Assembly: GCA_963716725.1 (NCBI GenBank) | Contig: CAVQUB010000009.1 | Span: 96,001 to 160,000, forward strand | Length of the DNA stretch: 64,000 nt | Source: an uncultured delta proteobacterium | GTDB lineage: Bacteria > Myxococcota_A > Polyangia > Polyangiales > Polyangiaceae | Reading direction: 5' to 3' | The notes under the pieces: generated by a model | The model's database searches: none | What the model was told of the DNA's origin: nothing | What the model saw: the letters and a program-made list of their open reading frames with translations, nothing else | Translations under genes and position numbers: made by a program | In this document: positions 10,117-20,540 of the stretch, piece by piece | Position numbering within the stretch: position 1 is the first letter of the stretch | Layout of the letters: each line of letters opens with the position of its first letter

Positions 10117-10896
10117 TCAGCAGGTCCCGCAACCCTCGGAGGTGACCTCGCTCACGCAGATGCTGTCCCAGCTGTACTGACAGCAGTACGAGTCAGCCGC
10201 GCAGACGCACGCCGCGACGGCAGAGTTGCTGCAACTCGGAGTGGTTTGGACGAAGCAGCAATCGCCGGCTGGTCCACCGCCCGTGCCACCCGTGCCGCCG
10301 GTGCCGCCGGTGCCGCCGGTTGCGCCGGTGCCGCCAGTACCGCCAGTGCCGCCAGTGCCGCCGGTGCCGCCAGTGCCGCCGGTGCCACCGGTGCCGCAGG
10401 TGCCACAGCCCACGGTCTTCACCTCGCTGACGCAGCCCTCGTCCCACCTGCTCTTGCAACAGAACGCGTCCTTGGCGCAGACGCAGCTCTCAATCGTCTT
10501 GTTGCTGCAGCCGGGTACGTTGTGAGGCGTGCAGCAGTCCCCGCCCGTCGACGTCCCTCCGCTGCCACCGGCGCCTCCGGTCGAGCCACCGGCGCCCCCG
10601 GTCGAGCCGCCGGCGCCTCCGGTCGAGCCGCCGGCGCCTCCGGTCGAGCCGCCGGCTCCGGCTGATCCGGCGCCGCCGCCCGTCGCGCCGCCGCCCGTTG
10701 CGCCTACGCCACCAACACCGCCGCCAACGCCGCCGCCAACGCCGCCGCCGAAGCCACCGGACGACGCACCCCCAGTGTTCGAGCCGCCGAGTCCGGAGTC
10801 GGATCCGCCAAAGGAACTCTGCTCGGACTGAGCGCACCCGATCACGAAGACGGCGCCGGCGAAGACGAAATGAAGCTGGGACCCAAGAGCACGCAT
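10117..10896 (-). CDS. Gly-rich lipoprotein with two copies of a Cys-rich module
   Basis: Lipobox IGC; DCC..P.C....CVC..D..CC...WD..CVSEV...GCGTC twice. Confidence 0.75.
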   Translation of the reverse strand: MRALGSQLHFVFAGAVFVIGCAQSEQSSFGGSDSGLGGSNTGGASSGGFGGGVGGGVGGGVGGVGATGGGATGGGAGSAGAGGSTGGAGGSTGGAGGSTGGAGGSTGGAGGSGGTSTGGDCCTPHNVPGCSNKTIESCVCAKDAFCCKSRWDEGCVSEVKTVGCGTCGTGGTGGTGGTGGTGGTGGTGGTGATGGTGGTGGTGGTGGGPAGDCCFVQTTPSCSNSAVAACVCAADSYCCQYSWDSICVSEVTSEGCGTC

Positions 10897-10992
10897 GGTC
10901 CCGATTCTAGTTCAGGTCAGCCATGTCGGCCACGGGCATCACGACGGCGGCGAAGGCCGGCACCCGGTGCCGGCCTGGCCACGCGATCGAAC

Positions 10993-11575
10993 TCAGTTGC
11001 AGAGGCCGAGCGTCCCGAGCTTCGCGTCGAACGCGGTGCACGTGCCGCCACTGCAGTCCGAGCTCGAGCAGCAGAACTTCTTGCAGGTTCCAGTGCCTGA
11101 ATCGCCCACGGTGTCGCAGTGCAGCGTGCCTTCGCAGAAATTCGCGTTGGAGCAAGTCGCGCCGAGTTTCTGGTCGTTCGGCGCCGGGTAGCACTCGAAG
11201 TCTTTTGTCGCCAAAGTCACAGGCTTCGCCGCTCGCCGTGTTGCAAGCCTCGTTGGTGACGGGATTGCAGTTGGCAGAGAGGCCGTCCACACAGCCCGGT
11301 GGCAGCGTGACGCTGCCGCCGCCCCCGCTGGAGCTGCCGCCCGACGAGCTGCCACCGGAGGGCATGCCGCCCGACGAACTGCCGCCCGACGAGCTGCCAC
11401 CGGAGGGCATGCCGCCCGACGAGCTGCCGCCCACTCCGCCGCCCACTCCGCCGCCGCCACCGGTCGCGGTCGAGCCGCCCGTGCCGCCGCCACCGCCTCC
11501 TGTGCTCGAGCACGCAACCAACGACGCCGCCCCAACGACACCCACTAGAACTCCGATCAACACCTGGCTCTTCAT
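10993..11575 (-). CDS. Gly-rich, Cys-rich lipoprotein, one frameshift near 11205-11215
   Basis: MKSQVL..LVAC lipobox, GGSSS linker; Cys-rich domain continues in another frame (ECYPAPN..GTCKKFCCSSSDC); GAGGAG RBS. Confidence 0.65.
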
Positions 11576-11756
11576 GACAAGACTCCTCTGGATTGGGGCA
11601 GGCACGCGCACGCGCGTGGGTCCGCCACGCCCAACGGCGGACGCGACTCCGTAGCAGCAACGCGGGCAGCGTTCAACGAAAGTGATGACACGCGGCGGGC
11701 TACCACCTTGCGCGGGTGCAAGCGGCGCCAGGTCGTGGCGCTGCTGCGCCCACGCC

Positions 11757-13361
11757 TCAGGGCGAGTACTCGTAGGCCCCGGAGTCGCACTTGCCCACTC
11801 GCGGCTGGCCGCGCTGGTCGAAGGTTGGACAGGTGTCCGAGACGTCAATGGCCGGGCTGCCCGCGGCGAGCGCCAGGGTCCGGGTGGGTCCGCCGTTGTC
11901 GGCCAGGGCCGCGAGCTTTGGATCGGCAAAGACCGCGCTGGCGGTGCAGGGTTTGTCGTCGCTTCCGCTCTTCCTCTTGGCTGGCCATTGGATCACCCCG
12001 CCGCCGTCTTCGAAGGTCTCGTGACAGGCGAGGGCGCTGAACTGGTTTTCCGTGGTGTTGTTCGCGAAGATCACGTTGGTGAGCTTCACCGTACCGCTCT
12101 GGCCCTTGAAGATGACCGGCCCGTAGTCGGCCGAGCTGTTGGCGAAGGTGCAGCTCTCGACATCGACGCTGCCGTTACCCGCCCAGAGCGCGCCGGCGTT
12201 GCCGGGGGTCGTGTTGCCGTCAAAGGTGCAGTTTTCGATCTTCGCGTCGCTACCGCCACCCAAGAACAGCCCGCCGGCGTGCTGGCCCGTCGAGTTGTTG
12301 GAGAAGGTCGAGCCGGCGAGCAAGAGCGGGACTCCCTCGTGGTAGACGCTGCCGGTGCCGCCGCCGGGGCTGCCGGCCATGTCGTTGCCCGCAAAGGTGG
12401 TGCTCGAGATGGTCGCGCCGGTTCCTTCGAGGTTGTAGGAAAAGAGCGCGCTACCGTGGACCTTGGCGTGGTTTTGCTCGAATACGCTGCCGCACATCAC
12501 GAAGTTCTTCGGTGCGTCGAGCCACATGCGGTCGATGTAGAGGCCACCGCCGTTTCCGTACTGTCCGCTCTCGGCGTAGGTCGTCGCCGAGTTGCCTCGG
12601 AACACCGAGCTCGAAACCTCGAGGTTGGTGCTGCGGCTGAGCACTCCTCCGCCCGTCGAGCCGCTGTTGCCTTCGAACACGCAGCCTGACAGCACCGCGC
12701 GGGTGAGACCGCCGGCGTAGATGGCGCCGCCACCGACGTCGTGGTCCTTGCTCTCGCTGTGGTTGTTCCGAAAGTCGACGTCGATGGCCTCCAGCGTGCC
12801 GAACCACGGGTGAAGGAGCCCCGCACCGCTCTCGTTCTCGCTGCCCGCTTTGACGAAGCCGTCGACGATGTCGATGCGCTGAATGACGAAGTCGAGGTGA
12901 TGATCGAGCTCGATCACACGCACCTTGCCGCCACCGCTGAGCGTGACCGTCCCGCCGCCGTCGAGGGTCATCTTCTTGGAGACGAACACGGATTTGGTGA
13001 GCGTGATGGTGTGCGGCCCGCCGCAGTCGAACAGCACGGTTCCGCCAGCGCTCGAGACGTTGACTTTGGCGACGGCGTCGTGCAGCGCCTGCTCGGTGCA
13101 CGATGCCGGGCTGCCGCTCCCCACTTTCTCCACCTGCCCCGTGGGCTCCCGTGGCGCGAGCTTGCCGGGGCAGTCCGCGGTCGGCGGCGCCCCGCCCGTC
13201 GACGAGGCCCCCGAGCCGCCGGTCCCTCCAGACGCGCCGCTCCCGCCGGCACCAGAGCTGGCACCCGCGCCGCCCGAGCCGGCACTTCCCTCGGCAGGGT
13301 CACTCTCGCCACAACCGGTGGTCAGCAGCAGCGCGAGCGCTGCGACGCGGAGACACGACAT
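11757..13361 (-). CDS. Lipoprotein with polymorphic-membrane-protein-like beta-helix and choice-of-anchor-Q-like C-terminus
   Basis: Lipobox TGC; repeated FxxN..GGA[IL] motifs; DP.L..LADNGGPT....GSPAID..DQRG.PR...CD.GAYE. Confidence 0.8.
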   Translation of the reverse strand: MSCLRVAALALLLTTGCGESDPAEGSAGSGGAGASSGAGGSGASGGTGGSGASSTGGAPPTADCPGKLAPREPTGQVEKVGSGSPASCTEQALHDAVAKVNVSSAGGTVLFDCGGPHTITLTKSVFVSKKMTLDGGGTVTLSGGGKVRVIELDHHLDFVIQRIDIVDGFVKAGSENESGAGLLHPWFGTLEAIDVDFRNNHSESKDHDVGGGAIYAGGLTRAVLSGCVFEGNSGSTGGGVLSRSTNLEVSSSVFRGNSATTYAESGQYGNGGGLYIDRMWLDAPKNFVMCGSVFEQNHAKVHGSALFSYNLEGTGATISSTTFAGNDMAGSPGGGTGSVYHEGVPLLLAGSTFSNNSTGQHAGGLFLGGGSDAKIENCTFDGNTTPGNAGALWAGNGSVDVESCTFANSSADYGPVIFKGQSGTVKLTNVIFANNTTENQFSALACHETFEDGGGVIQWPAKRKSGSDDKPCTASAVFADPKLAALADNGGPTRTLALAAGSPAIDVSDTCPTFDQRGQPRVGKCDSGAYEYSP

Positions 13362-13445
13362 TGGGTAATCTTACGCGGGCAGCACCACGCCGGTCGAGGC
13401 GGTGGGCACCAGCGTTGACGGCCGTCGGCGAATTGCGGGATCATC

Positions 13446-13856
13446 GTGGACGTGGCGGAACCGGACGGCTCGTCGTCGATCGACACGTCCGCCGCCCGAA
13501 TCGAGGTCGAGGCGGACGGGGTCGTGGTGATCCACGTCAAGGCCGGTGTCGACCTGAAGGAGGAGCACATGCGGGAGATCCTCGCGGCCAGGTTCACGCT
13601 CGTGCCGCGTGCGGCGGCCGTGCTGGTGGACGCGCGCTACGTTCGCAGCATGACGCGCGCGTCCATGGAGCTCTCGGCCAACCCCGACGTGCGCCCGTTC
13701 ACCGCCCGTCTCGGGGTTCTGGTGGAGAGCCCAGTGTCGGTGGTGCTCACCAACTTCTTCATGGTGTTCATTCGCCCGCCCTACCCGACCAGGCTCTTCC
13801 GTGATGAGAGCGCGGCTCGATCCTGGCTCCGCCTGTTTCGGAGGCCGAGTTCGTGA
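13446..13856 (+). CDS. Small STAS/SpoIIAA-like hypothetical protein
   Basis: VLVDAR...AR, P.YPTRLF.DE..A..WL ending; GTGA overlap with downstream kinase. Confidence 0.6.
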   Translation: MDVAEPDGSSSIDTSAARIEVEADGVVVIHVKAGVDLKEEHMREILAARFTLVPRAAAVLVDARYVRSMTRASMELSANPDVRPFTARLGVLVESPVSVVLTNFFMVFIRPPYPTRLFRDESAARSWLRLFRRPSS

Positions 13857-15541
13857 CGGTCGCTCCCATCGACCTCGACGGCATCGCGCCCCGTGCCCGT
13901 CGCGCCTTGGAGGTGATCCTGCGCATCGCAGGCGGTGACTACTCTGCGCGGGCCTCCGCTTCGGACAACCACGACTCGATGGACGCCGTCATGGTCGGCT
14001 TGAACATGCTGGCGGAAACACTGGAGCGCGAGCACGCCGCGAAGCGGAGCGCCGAAGCGCTGCTGGCCGATGCGATCGACACCTACGACAACGCCCCCGA
14101 CTGCTTCTGCTCCTGCGACGCCACTTCGCTCAGAATCGTCAAATGCAACGAGACCATGGCTCGCACGTTGGGCATGACGGCCGAAGGGCTTTCAGCACGG
14201 TCGCTGATGGATATGGTGGAACCGGGGTCGCGAGTCGCGCTCCGCGCAGCGCTGGACCGACTGGTCGCCGGTGAGCCGGCTCGGATCACCGAGGTCACTC
14301 TCGAGCTCGCGGAGCCCCTGGTGGTGAGCGTCACCGGCTCCCTCCTCCGTGACGAGGCGGGATCACCGTCCCGTTTCAGGCTCGTGCTCCGAGACGTGAC
14401 GGTCGAGCAACGGCTCGCAGACCAGCTCGTCCATTCACAGCGCATGGAGGCCATCGGGCGGCTCGCCGGGGGCGTGGCACACGATTTCAACAACTTGCTG
14501 ACGGTGATCTTGTCGGCAGCCGAGCTGGTATCCCGGTCGCCGCTCTCGGCTGGGCAGGAGCGCGAGCTCGACATGGTGCGTGATGCAGCGGGTCGCGCCG
14601 CGGCGCTCACCCGGGATCTCCTGACGTTCTCCCGACGCGAAGCCGGACGGCCGCGTGCGATCTCGGTCGACGAAACGCTGACGCGGGCCGAGCCGCTGCT
14701 CTCGCGGCTCGCGGGAAGCGAGGTCTCGTTCTCGCTCCGGCTCGGAGTCGGGGCGAGCTTGGTGCAAATCGACCCCTCGCGCCTGGAGCAGGCGCTGGCC
14801 AACCTGATAGTGAATGCGCGCGATGCCACGCCAGCGGGCGGCAGCGTGCTGTTGTCAACGGCCGAGATCGAGACCAACGAGGCCTTCCTCAGACAGCACC
14901 CCGACGTCGCGCCCGGGCGCTACGTTGCGATCTCCGTCACCGACACCGGCGCGGGCATCCCCGCGTCCGTGCGCGAACGCATCTTCGAGCCGTTTTTCAC
15001 CACCAAGCCCACGGGCAAGGGCACCGGTCTGGGTTTGTCGATGGTCTACGGCGTCGCGCAGCAGGCCGGCGGGTATGTCACGGTCGATTCTCGGGAGAAC
15101 CAGGGCACGACCTTCCGGTTGCTCTTGCCGCTCTTGGAGAGCCGAACGGCGAGCTCAGTCGTTGCGACGACGGCCGATCCGACAGTCACCATCCTGGTCG
15201 TGGAAGACGACGACCGCGTGCGCGCAGTGACCAGTCGGATCCTACGATCCGGCGGATTTCGGGTGCTCGAAGCCGCTGACGGCCGCTCCGCGATCGAGCT
15301 CTTCGATCGCGAGCATGCGAGCGTCTCGGTGGTGGTGAGCGACGTGATGATGCCGGGGCTGAGCGGACCTGAAACGATCACGGAAATGCGCAAGAAACGC
15401 CCCGGACTTCGCTGCTTGTTCGTCACGGGCTACGCCCACGGGCAGTCCGCAGCGCTGGCGCGGACCGGCGACGGCATACTCGACAAACCTTTCCTTCCCT
15501 CAGCTCTGCTCAGCCGCGTCCGCGAAGTGCTGTCGGAGTGA
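13853..15541 (+). CDS. Hybrid histidine kinase (HAMP-like, PAS, HisKA, HATPase, REC)
   Basis: [12 protein letters not shown]-box, [29 protein letters not shown], receiver SDVMMPG..KPF. Confidence 0.93.
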   Translation: MTVAPIDLDGIAPRARRALEVILRIAGGDYSARASASDNHDSMDAVMVGLNMLAETLEREHAAKRSAEALLADAIDTYDNAPDCFCSCDATSLRIVKCNETMARTLGMTAEGLSARSLMDMVEPGSRVALRAALDRLVAGEPARITEVTLELAEPLVVSVTGSLLRDEAGSPSRFRLVLRDVTVEQRLADQLVHSQRMEAIGRLAGGVAHDFNNLLTVILSAAELVSRSPLSAGQERELDMVRDAAGRAAALTRDLLTFSRREAGRPRAISVDETLTRAEPLLSRLAGSEVSFSLRLGVGASLVQIDPSRLEQALANLIVNARDATPAGGSVLLSTAEIETNEAFLRQHPDVAPGRYVAISVTDTGAGIPASVRERIFEPFFTTKPTGKGTGLGLSMVYGVAQQAGGYVTVDSRENQGTTFRLLLPLLESRTASSVVATTADPTVTILVVEDDDRVRAVTSRILRSGGFRVLEAADGRSAIELFDREHASVSVVVSDVMMPGLSGPETITEMRKKRPGLRCLFVTGYAHGQSAALARTGDGILDKPFLPSALLSRVREVLSE

Positions 15542-15542
15542 G

Positions 15543-15902
15543 TCAGTCCTTCGTGCCGTAGATTGCGGCCTGCCGCTCGGCGAGCTCGGTGAACGCTTGC
15601 GCCAGATCGGAGTGCGGCTCGTCGAGTACCACCGCAACCTTGCAGCGCCAGAGCGTGTTTTCGTCGCGGTCCAGCGCGTCGCGCCGAATCACCTTTCCGC
15701 TGATCGACTTCGACTCACCTTCGGCGAAGAACACCGCCAGCTTCACGCTCTGCCCCACTTCGAGATCCGCTCGGGTCAGGAGCATCAGTCCCGTTGCGCT
15801 GCCGTCGTGCGTGATCGCGGCTTTGACCGGACCATCACCGGTGTCAATCTCGGCTCCGATGTATGCCGCGTGGCGCGGAGAGACTCGGCGTTCGTCGCTC
15901 AT
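15543..15902 (-). CDS. PilZ domain protein
   Basis: ERRVSPR (RxxxR) and DGSATG (DxSxxG) c-di-GMP motifs. Confidence 0.8.
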   Translation of the reverse strand: MSDERRVSPRHAAYIGAEIDTGDGPVKAAITHDGSATGLMLLTRADLEVGQSVKLAVFFAEGESKSISGKVIRRDALDRDENTLWRCKVAVVLDEPHSDLAQAFTELAERQAAIYGTKD

Positions 15903-15963
15903 GGCTGGACCTGAACCTACCACATGCCACGTCGGGAGAGCCGCCGCGTGATACTCTCCGAGC

Positions 15964-17127
15964 ATGACGCGCTGGTGGCTCGTGGCTCTGGCGATCTCGG
16001 GGTGCTCGTCCGATGACAACGCCGCGACGTCGAGCGCCGGAGGATCGACCAGCGGCGGAACCGGGGGCGACGTGGGCGACGCGAGCTGGCCGGACGCGGG
16101 CGGCAGCTCGTCGGGCGGCAACGGCGGCGTGGCTGGCGGCGGCGGCGCCTCGTCGGGCGGTGGCGGCAGCGGCGGCACCTCGCCCGGTGGTTCGTGCACG
16201 CTGCTGGGCGCCTGGAAGCAGACCAGCTCGTTCGCCGACGGTTCGCACGTCTCGCACCCCCTGCCGTCGTTCGGGGTGAGCGGCCGCTACTACGTGCACA
16301 CCATGGCCACCGGCGGCGGCGAGCGGATCCTGAAGTTTGCTGCGCAGGGAGCAGACGGCAGCCTCGGCGCCTGGCAGATCGCCGCTGCGGACCACGGCGG
16401 CGGCCCTCACGGCTTCACCGCGGTCGTCGTCGGCAAAGAACCGTTCCACTTCCGCAACGGGCACATCGCGCGTTACCCCCTCGACGCGGGCGGCAAGATG
16501 ACCGGCGACGTGGTCCTGGTCGAGTCGAACCCCGACACCGCCTTCGGAGGCAATCGTTACGTGTGGGACAGCGCGTTGGTCGCGACGGTGTCGGGCAAGA
16601 GCTGGGTCGTCCACCTCGGCGGTTTCAGCTTCACGGGCTACACCTACAAGCCTCAGGTGTACCGGAGCGAGGTGCCGCTCCAGCCCTCGTTCACGGCCGT
16701 GGGTCTCAATCATCCGGCGCAGCGACCGGGCAAGTGCGCGTTCATCGCGCCCTTCATCTTCACTGGCGAAGGTGATGGCTCGAGCCTCTGGCGCAGCAAG
16801 CTGCTCGCCGATGGCAAACTCGAGCCGTGGACCGGGCTCGCCGCGCTGCCCTCGGGCACCGACAACCAGCGAGGGGACTGGTTCGCGATCGACGGCACCC
16901 TCTTCGTCGTGCGCGGAGCCAAGGTGTTCGGTGCAAAGGTCGACCCGCAAGGGGCCCTGGGCGCGTTCGCCGAGCGGTCGGCGCTGCCGGAGCCCCAAAT
17001 CGACGTGCACTGGGGAGAGGCGCACCTCGAAGGCAGCTCCCACGCGGTGCTCGGCGACTACGTGTACCTGACCGGGAAGAAGTCGGTGCACTGCGCGCCG
17101 ATTCTCAGGAACCAACCCTGCAACTGA
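15964..17127 (+). CDS. Lipoprotein with Gly-rich linker and probable beta-propeller domain
   Basis: Lipobox SGC; repeated ADG.L..W / G.YVY.TG blades. Confidence 0.65.
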   Translation: MTRWWLVALAISGCSSDDNAATSSAGGSTSGGTGGDVGDASWPDAGGSSSGGNGGVAGGGGASSGGGGSGGTSPGGSCTLLGAWKQTSSFADGSHVSHPLPSFGVSGRYYVHTMATGGGERILKFAAQGADGSLGAWQIAAADHGGGPHGFTAVVVGKEPFHFRNGHIARYPLDAGGKMTGDVVLVESNPDTAFGGNRYVWDSALVATVSGKSWVVHLGGFSFTGYTYKPQVYRSEVPLQPSFTAVGLNHPAQRPGKCAFIAPFIFTGEGDGSSLWRSKLLADGKLEPWTGLAALPSGTDNQRGDWFAIDGTLFVVRGAKVFGAKVDPQGALGAFAERSALPEPQIDVHWGEAHLEGSSHAVLGDYVYLTGKKSVHCAPILRNQPCN

Positions 17128-17162
17128 GTCTGGGACCGCGCAAAAGCGGCTAGGCTGAAGGT

Positions 17163-17585
17163 GTGACGGAGCCCGAGTCCCCGAAGGCACGAGGTCGAGC
17201 GCTGATGCAGAGCGGCGCACTGACTGAGGCCATCGCGGCCTTCGAGCAGGCGCTGGTAGCGAGCCCCGACGACGTCTGGGTACTCGACGCGCTCGGGTTC
17301 TCGTATTTCTCCGTAGCGCGCTTCACCGATGCCGAGCGCTGTTGCCGAAGGTCCATCGAGCTTTGCCCGAGCAATCACTACGCCTTCAAGGGCCTCGGGC
17401 TGTGCCTCGCGCGACTCGGAGATCCGGAAGCGGGCATCGCCGCCCTGCGTCGCTCCATCGAACTCGACCCCGAATTTGCCGACGCTCACCACGATCTTGG
17501 GGTGGTCCTCACGGAGCACGGGCGCAGCGATGAAGCGGAGGCGTGCTTCGAGCGTGCGCGCGAACTGCGCAGCCCCAACCGCTGA
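17163..17585 (+). CDS. TPR repeat protein
   Basis: About 4 TPR units (A..AFEQAL..P, RRSIELDPEFADAHHDLG). Confidence 0.85.
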   Translation: MTEPESPKARGRALMQSGALTEAIAAFEQALVASPDDVWVLDALGFSYFSVARFTDAERCCRRSIELCPSNHYAFKGLGLCLARLGDPEAGIAALRRSIELDPEFADAHHDLGVVLTEHGRSDEAEACFERARELRSPNR

Positions 17586-17589
17586 GGGT

Positions 17590-18657
17590 TCACCGATTCG
17601 TCACGCCGAGTTCGTCGAGCAAGCGCCCGATTCGACGGAACTTCTCTGCGCGACCGAACTGCAGCAGATGTCCGCCGTGCCAGCTCTCGAGGGGTGCGCC
17701 GAAGTGATGCGCGATGCGCCGCGCGTGCGCTGGAGGCGTGATGCGATCGGCGCGGGCAGCGACCACCAACATGCGCTCGCCCGGCACCAAGGGCACGCGG
17801 GCCAGGGGGCTCACCACGCGATGCGCGGCGTCGAGAGCTCGGTGTTGAATCTCGGTCTCGTGCGCGCCCGAGCCGAGCCGACCTTGGTCGCGTGCGAAGT
17901 CCGCGAGGGAGGCCAAGGGGATGATCGGGATCGCAAACGCCAGCTCGGCCTCGACCGTGGCCAGCAACGAAGTCGTGTAACCACCGAGGCTCATGCCCAT
18001 GACGCCGACGGACGGGTGGCCGCGATCGCGCAGGAATCGCACCAGATCCCGCAGGTCGGCCATTGCCTGCCGGAAGCCTTCGTTCGACATGCGCGGATCG
18101 CTGCCAGGGAAGGGCGGCGCTTGGCCCAAGCGACGCGCCGGACCCCGCACGGCGTGGAAGGGCAGCACGGGCAGCACGGCGTCCATGCCGATCCGCGAGA
18201 ACCACTCGAGGGGCCAGACCCGCTGCTCGAGATCGTACTGCCCGGCCATGTAGCCGTGGATCAAGAGCGCCACCGGACGCGGCTCGGGGCCGAAGAAGGC
18301 GCGGGCAGCCGCCACCCGGTTTTCGACGTGGCGCTCGAATCGGTCGGCGACCCCTGCCTCGAAGGGTAGGTAGTCGCTCGGCCACGCCAGATCGACGACC
18401 CGGTGCCCTCCGGCGGTCCAGCGCACGACGCGTTCGGCGGGCGTGATGCTGCGCGGCGCTCGGAAATAGTCGCGAGAGTCGTGAGGGTAGAGGTCGGCGA
18501 CGGCGGCCAGGGCCTCGATTCGCTCGCGGTGGCCCAGGGACTCGGTGCGGCTCTTCTTGCGCGAGCTCCGGATTCCGGCGACGGCGGCCAGCGTCGCCGC
18601 CCGGTCCACGGCAGCGGCAGCGCCCCCGAGCAGGCGTTGGGTGGCTCGGTGGATCAC
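17590..18657 (-). CDS. Alpha/beta hydrolase
   Basis: IHGY, nucleophile elbow GMSLGG, DRITP, GGH. Confidence 0.85.
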   Translation of the reverse strand: MIHRATQRLLGGAAAAVDRAATLAAVAGIRSSRKKSRTESLGHRERIEALAAVADLYPHDSRDYFRAPRSITPAERVVRWTAGGHRVVDLAWPSDYLPFEAGVADRFERHVENRVAAARAFFGPEPRPVALLIHGYMAGQYDLEQRVWPLEWFSRIGMDAVLPVLPFHAVRGPARRLGQAPPFPGSDPRMSNEGFRQAMADLRDLVRFLRDRGHPSVGVMGMSLGGYTTSLLATVEAELAFAIPIIPLASLADFARDQGRLGSGAHETEIQHRALDAAHRVVSPLARVPLVPGERMLVVAARADRITPPAHARRIAHHFGAPLESWHGGHLLQFGRAEKFRRIGRLLDELGVTNR

Positions 18658-18752
18658 GCCGAAAAGCTAGCGCAGCCTGGGTCCGTCTGCACCGGCCCGA
18701 GCGAAATCCCCTGCACCGCGCCCAAGATGCGTGCTACGGCCGCTGCGGAACC

Positions 18753-18941
18753 ATGGCTGAGAGCGAAAAGAAGCGGCGCTCGGGTCGAGCCCGGGACGAC
18801 GAAGACGACGCGGGCGAGAGCCCCCCGAGCCGCGCGGCGGAGCCGAGCGACAAAGCCCACGCGCCGTGGGGTCCACTCATCTGGCTCTTGATCCCGCTCA
18901 TCGCGTCGGTGGCCTACGGCGTCGCCACGCGTGGCAACTGA
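18753..18941 (+). CDS. Small tail-anchored membrane protein
   Basis: Charged N-terminus, C-terminal hydrophobic helix PWGPLIWLLIPLIASVAYG. Confidence 0.5.
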   Translation: MAESEKKRRSGRARDDEDDAGESPPSRAAEPSDKAHAPWGPLIWLLIPLIASVAYGVATRGN

Positions 18942-19024
18942 TCGTCAGCGCCCACCAAGGCGCCGCTCGACGGCGACGAAGTCGCCACAACGGACTGAGA
19001 GGGCTTCGCGACGGGGCGCCGCCG

Positions 19025-19348
19025 TCACGCCCGCTTGGACTTCTTGCGCGGACGAGCTGCTTCTTCCTCGTCGTCGTCCGATCCGTCGTCCTCGTCGTCG
19101 TCCGGATCTGCCTTTGCGCGCTTGGTCTCGAGTTTCTTGGAAGAGGAGCCCTTCTTCTTCAAGCGTCGCGGCTCGTCGTCGTTGGCGGCGCTCTTCTCCT
19201 CGTCATCTTCGCCACCGTCGATCCCCTTCTTGAAGTTTCGGATGCCCTGGCCGAGGCCCTTGCCAACCTCGCTCAGCCGCTTGGGTCCGAAAACCAGCAA
19301 GAGGATGACGATGACGACAACCCAGTGGACGAGACTAAATGAACCCAT
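19025..19348 (-). CDS. tatA: Twin-arginine translocase TatA/TatE subunit
   Basis: [30 protein letters not shown]. Confidence 0.92.
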   Translation of the reverse strand: MGSFSLVHWVVVIVILLLVFGPKRLSEVGKGLGQGIRNFKKGIDGGEDDEEKSAANDDEPRRLKKKGSSSKKLETKRAKADPDDDEDDGSDDDEEEAARPRKKSKRA

Positions 19349-19411
19349 GCAGCGGCTCCGATCTAGCAGTGGGGCCCGGGCTTGCCAAGGGAGGCCCCGA
19401 GAACGCGGCCG

Positions 19412-20461
19412 TCAGGCGCCGCCGGCTCGCGAGAGGCGTTCTTCCGCCATCATGTCCGCGATCTGGTGGGTGGGTTTCATGGCGCGCTGGGCCCGCTCGG
19501 CGATCTCGTGGATGGTGTCGTAAATCTTGGTCACCCGGGCGCGGCTCTTGACCGCGTCGTAGCCCTCGAGCTCGGTGGCGACGTTGATCAGCCCGCCCGC
19601 GTTGAGGGCGTAGTCGGGGGCGTACAAGATGCCCCGCTGCATCAGGTCGTCGCCGTGCCGGGGCTCTGCGAGCTGGTTGTTGGCGGCGCCTGCCACGATC
19701 TTGCAGCGAAGCTTGGGAATGGTCACGTCGTTCAATGCGCTGCCCAGCGCGCAGGGAGCGAGCACGTCACACTCGGTAGCAAAGAGCGTGTCGAGCGGAA
19801 CGATCGTGGCTCCGAACTCGCGCTCGGCCCGCTCGCTCTTGAGTGGATCCACATCGGCCACGGTCAGCTTCGCACCGAGCGCGTGCAGCTCCTTGCACAG
19901 ATAGTAGCCCACGTGTCCGATGCCCTGCACGGCGACGTGCAGACCTGCAATGTCGTCTTGCTTCATCACGAAGTTGACGGCGGCCTCGATGCCACGCCGG
20001 ACGCCGAGCGCAGTGAAGGGGCTCGGGTCGCCAGAGCCCCCGTTCTCGGGCGCGACGCCGGTGACCCACTTGTTGGTGCTGCGGATGACCTCCATGTCTT
20101 CGAGGCTGGTCCCGCTGTCTTCGGCGGTGATGTACTGACCGCCGAGCTCGCTGACGAACTTGCCGAAGGCGCGGAACAGCGCGCTGCGATCGAAATCCGT
20201 CGTGGGCCGAATGATCACGCTCTTGCCGCCGCCGAGCGGGAGACCGGTGATGGCGGCCTTGTAGGTCATGCCGCGCGCCAAGCGGAGCGCGTCGACCATG
20301 GCGTCGTCTTCGCTTCCGTAGTGGATGAAGCGGCAACCGCCGAGCGCCGGTCCGAGCCGGGTGTCGTGGATGGCGACGATGGCGTTGAGCCCGGTGGTGG
20401 CGTCGCGGCAGAGGTGGAGCCGGCCGTAGCCGTACTGCGAAAGCAGGTTGAAAACGCCCAT
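19412..20461 (-). CDS. Leu/Phe/Val dehydrogenase (ELFV family)
   Basis: AIHDTRLGPALGGCR, GMTYKAA, GGGK, TAEDSGT, QGIGHVG, GAANNQL; GGAGG RBS. Confidence 0.92.
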   Translation of the reverse strand: MGVFNLLSQYGYGRLHLCRDATTGLNAIVAIHDTRLGPALGGCRFIHYGSEDDAMVDALRLARGMTYKAAITGLPLGGGKSVIIRPTTDFDRSALFRAFGKFVSELGGQYITAEDSGTSLEDMEVIRSTNKWVTGVAPENGGSGDPSPFTALGVRRGIEAAVNFVMKQDDIAGLHVAVQGIGHVGYYLCKELHALGAKLTVADVDPLKSERAEREFGATIVPLDTLFATECDVLAPCALGSALNDVTIPKLRCKIVAGAANNQLAEPRHGDDLMQRGILYAPDYALNAGGLINVATELEGYDAVKSRARVTKIYDTIHEIAERAQRAMKPTHQIADMMAEERLSRAGGA

Positions 20462-20540
20462 GATCGAGCCTCCTTGACCGGAAGGGGGTGGAAAGGGCGC
20501 GGAGCCTAGCAACAAATGGCTGCTCCGGGGGCTGCCTTGA

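Noticed and set aside
11576..11756. Hairpin gtccgcc/ggcggac in a probable 5' UTR as a riboswitch
   Set aside because: A single GC stem with no recognisable aptamer consensus
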